The notes under the pieces are model-generated. The model saw only the letters and a list, made by a program, of their open reading frames with translations, ran no database searches and was not told the origin of the DNA. A program made the position numbers and the translations under genes. DNA of 6,949 nucleotides from Octopus sinensis (Eukaryota). This document shows positions 1-6,316 of this stretch, piece after piece (within the stretch, counting starts at the first letter, position 1; each line of letters begins with the position of its first letter). The stretch lies in contig NW_021829046.1 of the NCBI RefSeq assembly GCF_006345805.1, positions 1-6,949 of the forward strand, in the 5' to 3' direction.

Positions 1-120
1 GTGTGTGTGTATGTATGTATGTATGTATGTGTGTATGTATTATGTATGTATGTGTATGTATGTATGATGTATGTATGTATGTATGTGTGTATGTATGTAT
101 GTATGTATGTATGTATGTAT
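1..120. repeat. (GTAT)n/(GT)n compound microsatellite
   Basis: Seen directly: near-continuous gtat/gtgt units running off the window edge. ORFs 1..189 and 71..358 translate this tract and the next. Confidence 0.97.
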
Positions 121-277
121 GAGGGAGACTTCATGTACATGCATGAAAGAGAAGAGCAGAGTACGATTAATAGAGAGAGAGAGCGCTAGAGAGAAAGGGT
201 ATGAGAAAGAGTCAGAGAACGTGAGAGACAGAGAGAGGGACAGAAAGAGAGAGAGAGAGAGAAGAAAGATAGAAAGG
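121..277. repeat. Degenerate (GA)n purine-rich tract
   Basis: Seen directly: gagagaga runs with substitutions, + strand mostly purine. Confidence 0.85.
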
Positions 278-303
278 GTGATTGTTCATATCGTTGCTAT
301 TAT

Positions 304-871
304 GCAAAACTGTCGTAAGTCCAAAACGTTGCTTTTTTCAGAAAATGAAAAAAAATAGTTTCACCCTTCCATTTCTTTCGACATTAACAACAGTTTCAGC
401 TTAACGATAAGACTTTGTTGGGTGTATAGTATTGTGTCTCCATGCATGTATGGTATTTTCAGTCAGAAATATTTTGGCAAAACTGTCGTATGTAGGACTT
501 ACTACACTTTTGAAAAATGCTAAACCGTTGTACTACACTTTTGACAATTTTCATATCTTGGCATCTGAAGCAGCTGGAGATACGACAGTTTGACCAAAAG
601 AACCGGCTATTGTGAGCAAAATTAAATATTGAAGTTGTTGTTGACAAACAACATCAGTAATTTTATTCAGTTGAATACACGTCATTGATTGGTTGAAATT
701 ACCGAAATACTACAACTTTAACAAGAAATAACTTCCAAAATACAGAATTTTCTCAACAATGCCAAGAGTAAAAGATGTTTTATGTGACACATTCTACCAG
801 TATACGAAGTTTGAAAGTGTTTAGTTACAAAGAATTATTTTTTAAATCTGTCGGTCAAAAAGTAAAGATCC
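304..871. mobile_element. Possible non-autonomous DNA-transposon/MITE-like remnant with iterated internal motifs
   Basis: Seen: gcaaaactgtcgta at 304-317 and 477-490; an 18/20 inverted repeat at 472-491/580-599; tactacacttttga at 500-513 and 531-544. The 655-871 part resembles a dispersed octopus repeat as I recall it (unverified). No terminal inverted repeats or TSD identified, so boundaries are uncertain. Confidence 0.3.
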
Positions 872-993
872 GCCGATCAATGCACTACCTTTTCTTAACA
901 GAGAAGGAAGGCAAATTTTCCTCTGCTTAGTGACGATGTGATCGACTCATCCGATGTGCCAAAACGGCTGCCCTTGTGGCAAAATTTGAAGCC

Positions 994-1027
994 ATTATTA
1001 TTATTATTATGATCATTATTATTATTA
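994..1027. repeat. (ATT)n tract abutting the 3' end of SINE copy A
   Basis: Seen directly: att repeats with one gatc interruption. Confidence 0.95.
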
Positions 1028-1029
1028 TA

Positions 1030-1456
1030 CTCTTTGCTCTTTTACTTATTTCAGTCATTTGACTGCGGCCATGCTGGAGCACCACCTTTAGTCGAGCAAA
1101 TCAACCCCGGGACTTATTCTTTGGAAGCCCAGTACTTATTCTATCGGGCTCTTTTTGCCGAACCGCTCAGTGACGGGGACGTAAACACACCAGCATCGGT
1201 TGTCATGCAATGCTAGGGGCAAACACAGACACACACACACACACACGCTATATATAATAGATATATGATATAATATATATATACATACATATATACGACA
1301 GGCTTCTTTCAGTTTCCGTCTACCAAATCCACTCACAAGGCATTGTCGGCCCGAGGCTATAGCAGAAGACACTTGCCCAGATGCCACGCAGTGGGACTGA
1401 ACCCGGAACCATTTGGGTTTGTGCAAGCTACTTACCACACAGCCACTCCTGCGCCT
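1030..1456 (-). mobile_element. tRNA-derived SINE, family 1, copy A (tRNA-like head, CORE-like domain, internal microsatellite, 3' tail)
   Basis: Reverse complement starts aggcgcaggagtggctgtgtggtaag (A-box-like), then ggttcagtccc (B-box-like), then ctgggcaagtgtcttctgctatagcctc (CORE-like). An internal (TA)n/(TG)n lies at ~1221-1295, and the tail ends ...cagcatggccgcagtcaaatgactgaaataagtaaaagag. Collinear with the copies at 2362-2780 and 3448-3924. Octopus tRNA-derived SINEs (OK, OR1, OR2) are described, but I cannot assign the family without a search. Confidence 0.93.
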
Positions 1457-1457
1457 A

Positions 1458-1458
<1 letters not shown>

Positions 1459-1500
<42 letters not shown>
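1459..1500. repeat. Perfect (ATT)14 microsatellite
   Basis: Seen directly: 42 nt of uninterrupted att. It produces the poly-Ile run in ORF 1381..1590. Confidence 0.98.
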
Positions 1501-1503
<3 letters not shown>

Positions 1504-1685
1504 AACATCATGAAAAGAAACCCAATAAAGGGATTACGCGATGAAAGGGTTTTGCACTCTAAAGCTGTCGAATTTACGTGTAAAGAATAATTAAATAAAC
1601 TCAAATGCACTGTAAAATGGATTACTGGATTATCTTATATATTACAACACCGGGCCACGTGTCTGGGTATGCGCGCGCGAGACAT

Positions 1686-1686
1686 T

Positions 1687-1719
<33 letters not shown>

Positions 1720-1760
1720 CTCTTTCTCTCTCTCACACCCACATATATATATATATATAC
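1686..1760. repeat. (CT)n + (AT)n compound microsatellite
   Basis: Seen directly. Confidence 0.93.
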
Positions 1761-1793
1761 TTTTCACTTATGCTAGTTTAAAGATTGAGATCT

Positions 1794-1814
1794 CGGCCAT
1801 ACTGGGGCACCGCC
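1794..1814 (-). mobile_element. Isolated 21-nt fragment matching the SINE family 1 3' tail
   Basis: cggccatactggggcaccgcc vs copy B cggccatgctggaacaccgcc (18/21) and copy A cggccatgctggagcaccacc (18/21). Flanks do not align. Confidence 0.5.
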
Positions 1815-1820
1815 ACTTTC

Positions 1821-1826
1821 ATCTCT

Positions 1827-1863
<37 letters not shown>

Positions 1864-2127
1864 TTCTCTACATTTATAAGTGTGTAAGTTCGTGTGTGTG
1901 TGTGTGTGTGTGTAATACGTTTCTGTGTCTGTAGATGCGTGTAAGTGTGTCTGTGAACGTGTGGGTTTGGTGTAATTCGACGCATGTAGGAGAATAGGTA
2001 CGCATCACTCTCCACCTCTGTCTCTTTCTCCACACACACACTATGCGTATATATATGTATGTATGTATATATGTATATTATCTCTATATATATAAAGCTG
2101 AGAATGCGTGTCTGTCTGTCTGTCTGT
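1821..2127. repeat. (CT)n, (GT)n, (AT)n and (CTGT)n compound, partly degenerate microsatellite block
   Basis: Seen directly. ORFs 1685..1879 and 1773..2153 are low-complexity translations. Confidence 0.85.
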
Positions 2128-2361
2128 TTCCCTAAAACTTGAGAACTACACAACCAATTTCATACAAATTTTACACATGCCTTACTTAGGGTCCGGGGAG
2201 TGTCATCGGCAAAAAACACACAACACAGGCAAAATATAAACAAACGGTTAATGGTTAATGCTTAAAAGATTCAAACCTAGACTCCGATGCCTTTACAATG
2301 GCTATAAGAAGGGCTTGAGTTGAGCGGATACTTAATTCGGGAATCCGCTTAATTGCCTACA

Positions 2362-2574
2362 CTTTTACTTGTTTCAGTCATTTTTGACTGCGGCCATGCT
2401 GGAACACCGCCTTTAATCGAGCAATTCGACCCCGGGACTTATTCTTTTGTAAGCCCAGTACTTGTTCTATCGCTCTCTTTTGCCGAACCGCTAAGTAACG
2501 GGGACATAAACACACCAGCATCGGTTGTCAAGCAATACTAGGGGGACAAACACAGACACACAAACACACAAACG

Positions 2575-2614
<40 letters not shown>

Positions 2615-2780
2615 TACGACGGGCTTCTTTCAGTTTCCGTCTACCAAATCCACTCACAAGGCATTGGTCGGCCCGAGGCTATAGCAGAAGACACTTGCTC
2701 AAGATGCCACGCAGTGGGACTGAACCCGGAACCATGTAGTTGGTAAACAAGCTACTTACCACACAGCCACTCCTGCGCCT
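2362..2780 (-). mobile_element. tRNA-derived SINE, family 1, copy B
   Basis: Same architecture as copy A: head plus CORE-like domain 2617-2780, internal (CA)/(TA)n ~2547-2616, tail 2362-2546. The head is nearly identical to copy A outside the anticodon-equivalent region. Confidence 0.94.
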
Positions 2781-2785
2781 ACGCA

Positions 2786-3020
2786 TATATATATGTGTGT
2801 GTGTGTGTGTGTGCGTGTGTGTGTGGTGTGTGTGAGTGTGTGTGTACATTTATGTAGTATATATATACATAGCTACATGTACAAATTTATATACACACAC
2901 ACACATACACATTATATATATATAAACACGATTTTATATATACATACATACGATTTTATATGTATATATATGCAGTTTTTTTTATATATACATACTATTT
3001 TACATTTACATACCATATAA

Positions 3021-3071
<51 letters not shown>

Positions 3072-3172
3072 GAGTGAGAAATAGAGATAATGATAGATAG
3101 ATAGTTGAAAAAAGTGGGAGAGAAAGAGAGAGAGAGATAGAGAGAGAGAAAGAGAGAAACAAGACAGAGAGA
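2786..3172. repeat. Compound (GT)n/(AT)n/(CA)n then (GA)n microsatellite block
   Basis: Seen directly, including a long (AT)n at ~3026-3063 and a GA-rich tract at ~3070-3172. Confidence 0.92.
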
Positions 3173-3230
3173 GCCAGGAAATTCCTTGGAAGAGAAAGCA
3201 TTGAGGCCTACACAGACTTTTGTGGTTAAC

Positions 3231-3362
3231 AGGTACGCGGTTATAGACGTCGAAATGATGAAAGTAAAGTTATCATAACCAGCATTTGAACCCAGAACTT
3301 ATGTCTGGGAGAATCTAAGCATTTTGTCCACTGCACTAACGACTCGCCTATCTCATCGCGCT
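3231..3362 (-). mobile_element. Eroded tRNA-derived SINE fragment (family 3)
   Basis: Reverse complement reads ...gagtcgttagtgcagtggacaaaatgcttag...ctgggttcaaatgc...actttactttcatcatttcgacgtctataa.... It has a B-box-like ggttcaaat (3284-3292) followed by a domain resembling the 'gactttgcctttcatcctttcggggtcgataa' core I recall from octopus SINEs. Assignment rests partly on memory. Confidence 0.55.
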
Positions 3363-3447
3363 ATGAATGATATAAAATACAAGCTGTTGGGTATATGGCT
3401 TGTTCCATGATATTTGAAGTATTCTATCTAAACATTAAACAGTTTAC

Positions 3448-3619
3448 AGGCGCAGGCATGGCTGTGTGGTAAGAAGCTTGCTTCCTAACCCCATGGTTCT
3501 GGGTTCAGTCCCACTGCACGTCACCTTGGGCAAGTGTCTTCTACTATAGCCTCGCGTCGACCAGAGCCTTGTGACTGGATTCGGTAGACAGAAATTGAAA
3601 GAAGCCTGTCGTTCATTTG

Positions 3620-3693
<74 letters not shown>

Positions 3694-3924
3694 TGTGTGT
3701 TTGTCTTCCTGTGTCAGTGTTTGACCCCCACCACTATCGCTCGACAACCGATGTTGATGTGTTTACGTCCCCGTATCTTAGCGGTTCGGCAAAAGAAAAC
3801 GATACAATAATTACTAGGATTATAAAGAATAAGACCTGGTGTTAAATTTCTTCGACTAAAATAGCTTTTAATGCAGTGTTCCAGCATGGCCGCAGTCAAA
3901 TGACTGAAACTAGTAAAAGAATAA
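3448..3924 (+). mobile_element. tRNA-derived SINE, family 1, copy C (different subfamily, opposite orientation)
   Basis: aggcgcaggcatggctgtgtggtaag head, ccttgggcaagtgtcttctactatagcctc CORE-like domain, internal (TA)n(TG)n(TA)n ~3620-3700, tail ending cagcatggccgcagtcaaatgactgaaactagtaaaaga. Hand alignment gives about 24 mismatches in 164 nt against the copy B head. Confidence 0.93.
3459..3512 (+). promoter_or_regulatory. RNA polymerase III internal promoter (A box 3459-3469, B box 3502-3512) of SINE copy C
   Basis: tggctgtgtgg approximates TRGCNNARYGG and ggttcagtccc approximates GGTTCRANTCC, with tRNA-like spacing. Both are imperfect; equivalent boxes occur in copies A and B. Confidence 0.7.
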
Positions 3925-3945
3925 ACGTATGAACTTGAACACTTA

Positions 3946-3972
3946 CGCACACACACATACATACATACATAC
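3946..3972. repeat. Short (CA)n/(TACA)n tract
   Basis: Seen directly, just downstream of the copy C tail. Confidence 0.85.
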
Positions 3973-4195
3973 ACTGCCATCTTCTCCCAAGCAGAATGTA
4001 ACTGTAAGCCTCTGCGAAGCTGTCTACTTTGAATGAATCGTAGCAACCACTGCAACATCTGTTCGAGAGGCTGTGACTCTTACTCTGATGGTGCATGCGA
4101 TTGGGAAAGGGGTGGAATGTGTTAGTTATTAATCGCCAACAAGGATTAGTCTAAATTTTAATGTACAGGAAGTATGATTAATTATCGTATGAGCG

Positions 4196-4248
4196 TGTGT
4201 GCGTGTTTATATGTGTATACATAAATAAACACACACACACATACACAT

Positions 4249-4311
<63 letters not shown>

Positions 4312-4541
4312 CACATATATATTAACATACATATATATATATACATACATACATATATATACATACATATACATGTATACATACATATATATATATACAT
4401 ACATACATGTATATATATATATATACATATACATATATACATATACATACATATATATATACATACATATATATATACATACATAGATACATTATATACC
4501 ATACATAAATACATATATATACATACATACATACATATACA

Positions 4542-4591
<50 letters not shown>

Positions 4592-4610
4592 ATATATATA
4601 TATATATAAT
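4196..4610. repeat. Long compound (CA)n/(TACA)n/(TA)n microsatellite (~415 bp)
   Basis: Seen directly. ORFs 4182..4562, 4207..4464 and most of 4322..4735 translate it. Confidence 0.97.
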
Positions 4611-4612
4611 AT

Positions 4613-4937
4613 GCGGGGAGCACTCCGTCGGTTACGACGACGAGGGTCCCATCTGATATGATCAACGGAAAAGCTTGCTCGAGAAATTAATGTGCAAGTG
4701 GCTGAGCATTCCACAGACAAGTGGACCCTTAACATAGTTCGCGGGGAGATTCAGCGTGACACAGAGTGTGACAAGGCTAGCCGTTTTTTAAAATACAGAT
4801 ACTACTAATTTTTGCCAGCTGAGTGAACTGAAGCAACGTGAAATAAAGTGCCTTGGTCAAGGACACAACGCGTCGCCGGGAATCGAACTCACAATCTTAC
4901 GATCATGAGCCAAATGCACTAACCACTAAGCCACGCT
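4613..4937 (-). mobile_element. tRNA-derived SINE, family 2 (apparently full length, CORE-like central domain)
   Basis: Reverse complement: agcgtggcttagtggttag (A box), then gagttcgattcc (B box), then gttgtgtccttgaccaaggcactttatttcacgttgcttcagttcactcagctggcaaaaat (CORE-like, ~4805-4869). A ~190-nt tail follows, ending in a hairpin and running into the microsatellite. No similarity to the family 1 tail. Confidence 0.88.
4879..4933 (-). promoter_or_regulatory. Pol III A box (4923-4933) and B box (4879-4890) of SINE family 2
   Basis: tggcttagtgg is a perfect TRGCNNARYGG; gagttcgattcc contains GTTCGANTCC. Confidence 0.85.
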
Positions 4938-5032
4938 ACATACATAATAATACCTATTTACGAGACGTATTCTAGAAGATTTGCAGTATTTTTAGGATGG
5001 ATATTTCTTAATTACAAAAAGGCACAGAATTT

Positions 5033-5481
5033 TTAATCTTTAAAGTAGGGCCCTTTGACTTCAATTGCCTTTATTGTAGCGCCCCAGTCACTTCGTGAAG
5101 GCCTCATGAAGGTCCTTCAACACGAAGGTTTGCAGGATCCTTGTCACAACATACTTCGTCTTCTCCTTTAGTTTCAGGAACGAAAAGTGTCACAGGTGCA
5201 ACATTTGAAGTGTGGGGAGGGTGATGAACAGGTGTGCAGCCCATTTCCGTCAAGTATTTGGTTACTAGGATTGAATTGTGGAATGGTGTATGTTCCACGA
5301 AACCCGAATATCAGAGTTCTGGCTTTTTGCGACAAAATCTCTCCCTCAACTCCCTCAAAACCTCCACAGAGTCTTCTTTGCTGACTGTCTGAACACGGAG
5401 GGCTCAGTGGTTGTAGGTAAAGCTCTTGCTATCGAAAAAGAGCATTGTCATCATCTTCCCGGTGAACATGCTATTCCTGAC
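5033..5481 (-). pseudogene. Mariner transposase, C-terminal catalytic half (stops, frameshifts, deletions)
   Basis: Hand translation, 5481 down: GKMMTMLFFDSKSFTYNH*ALRVQTVSKEDSVEVLRELRERFCRKKPEL*YSGFVEHTPFHNSILVTKYLTEMGCTPVHHPPHTSNVAP. After a shift: ...FLKLKEKTKYVVTRILQTFVLKDLHEAFTK*LGRYNK; after another: IEVKGPYFKD* (stop 5033-5035). These fit mariner motifs KxMxxxFxD, QTVN, HxxNAxxH, HPPYSPDLAP(S/C)D and the C-terminal GxYF. ORF 5104..5298 is part of this. Confidence 0.92.
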
Positions 5482-5483
<2 letters not shown>

Positions 5484-5517
<34 letters not shown>

Positions 5518-5673
5518 GCAGATTGATAGACAGACAGACAGACAGATAGATAGATTGATAGACAGATTGATAGATAGATAAACATATATATATATATATG
5601 TTGAGAGAGAGAGAGAGAGAGAGAGGGGGGGGAGGGAGGGACAGACAGACAGAGCGAGAGACTGAGCAGATTG

Positions 5674-5726
<53 letters not shown>

Positions 5727-5727
5727 T
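5484..5727. repeat. Compound (GATA)n/(GACA)n/(AT)n/(GA)n microsatellite inside the mariner
   Basis: Seen directly. ORFs 5471..5818 and 5482..5835 are mostly translations of it. Confidence 0.95.
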
Positions 5728-5831
5728 GACGGAGATGTACTTGCATAGCAAGTGACTTGATCTGAGATCGTGTGCTGAAGCAAAAGCAATTGCATCGTCG
5801 AAGATGTTTGTAAGCCATTTCATGAACACCC
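5728..5831. other. ~100-bp non-mariner insert within the transposase, probably a fragment of another dispersed repeat
   Basis: gacggagatgtacttgcatagcaagtgacttgatctgagatcgtgtgctg... shows no mariner-like translation that I could find and is not simple repeat. It resembles an abundant octopus repeat as I recall it (unverified). Confidence 0.4.
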
Positions 5832-5942
5832 CCAAAAAATAGTTTCTCGGCTTATAGTTAATCTATAAGCATTCTTAAGCATTTCATAGGTTTCTGTAGC
5901 ATTTTTGTTCAGTTTAACAGAAAATTTTATTGCATAGCGTTC
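5832..5942 (-). pseudogene. Mariner transposase, N-terminal helix-turn-helix segment
   Basis: Open frame 5942 to 5832: ERYAIKFSVKLNKNATETYEMLKNAYRLTISRETIFW. This matches the mariner N-terminus pattern (R..IKF..KL.K.ATET..ML..AYG...SR..VF.W). No in-frame ATG remains; too short for the ORF track. Confidence 0.9.
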
Positions 5943-6316
5943 TGGAAACTATGCAGCTGCGACAAGTGTTTAGGTGTGCTCAAAGTACTGTTACAGCTGT
6001 CTCCTTCAATTTAGAATAAAAAAGTTGATAGGCAAACTTATTAATATGTATACTAATGATATACTAAACTTAGAATAATCTAGGGTGGTTATAAGTGTTT
6101 CTTTTTAAAAAGCCTCAAAACTTCTGGAATATACGTCGTAAATGATTTTCCTCTTCTGTTTAATATATGTACAAACAGTAATTATACATCTCTTTGTATG
6201 TGTACATATGGTTGTTTAAGTGATTGTGTATGAGAGTGTGAATTTGAATAGTATCATTCTTAGTATAATAATACCTGGATGATATTGTTGCTAATGAATG
6301 AAAATCTGTTTTGTTG

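Larger units (their letters stand above)
4961..6138 (-). mobile_element. Decayed Tc1/mariner (mariner-type) DNA transposon with both TIRs and TA target duplication
   Basis: Ends 4959-4992 (tacgagacgtattctagaagatttgcagtatttt) and reverse complement of 6107-6140 (tacgacgtatattccagaagttttgaggcttttt) match at 24/34 ungapped. TA lies at 4959-4960 and 6139-6140. Transposase remnants sit between them in the expected order. Confidence 0.88.

Noticed and set aside
304-719. CRISPR-like array or other prokaryotic features
   Set aside because: Repeats are short, irregularly spaced and in both orientations, and the whole window is eukaryotic repeat DNA.
889-1011. Possible exon: acceptor-like cttttcttaacag at 889-901, then an open frame RRKANFPLLSDDVIDSSDVPKRLPLWQNLKP
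   Set aside because: No convincing donor before the frame runs into (ATT)n and a stop, and no recognisable homology. RNA-seq junction reads would be needed.
2323-2349. Hairpin agcggat/atccgct
   Set aside because: A 7-bp stem with a 13-nt loop is expected by chance and has no supporting context.
1030-2780. Copies A and B as a tandem segmental duplication (end offsets 1323-1324 bp)
   Set aside because: Flanks on both sides are unrelated, so these are independent insertions of a fixed-length element.
2355-2782. gcctac at 2355-2360 and 2777-2782 as TSD of copy B
   Set aside because: Four of the six bases overlap the conserved SINE head, so the match is weak evidence.
3974-4185. Unique segment with a short Cys-rich ORF (MNRSNHCNICSRGCDSYSDGACDWERGGMC, from 4033) and the starts of ORFs 3896..4096 and 3714..4058
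   Set aside because: 30 codons, no recognisable domain or splice signals; the minus-strand ORFs run on into microsatellite and SINE.
4870-4937. tRNA-Met(CAT) gene on the minus strand (ctcatga loop at 4903-4909)
   Set aside because: The anticodon stem pairs poorly, there is no acceptor stem or oligo-T terminator, and the sequence continues into a SINE body.
1-5835. Listed ORFs as host protein-coding genes
   Set aside because: Most translate microsatellites (CV, YI, RE, SL repeats) or SINE sequence; ORFs 1034..1216 and 2353..2541 resemble each other only because they are SINE copies. ORF 5104..5298 is mariner, and 5187..5384 and 5278..5493 are its antisense frames. ORF 459..647 shows no recognisable domain.
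6141-6165. Eroded hammerhead ribozyme core downstream of Penelope (minus strand cagaagagg vs CUGANGA)
   Set aside because: PLEs often carry hammerheads, but here the core is mismatched and no stem II or GAAA partner follows on either side of the mariner.
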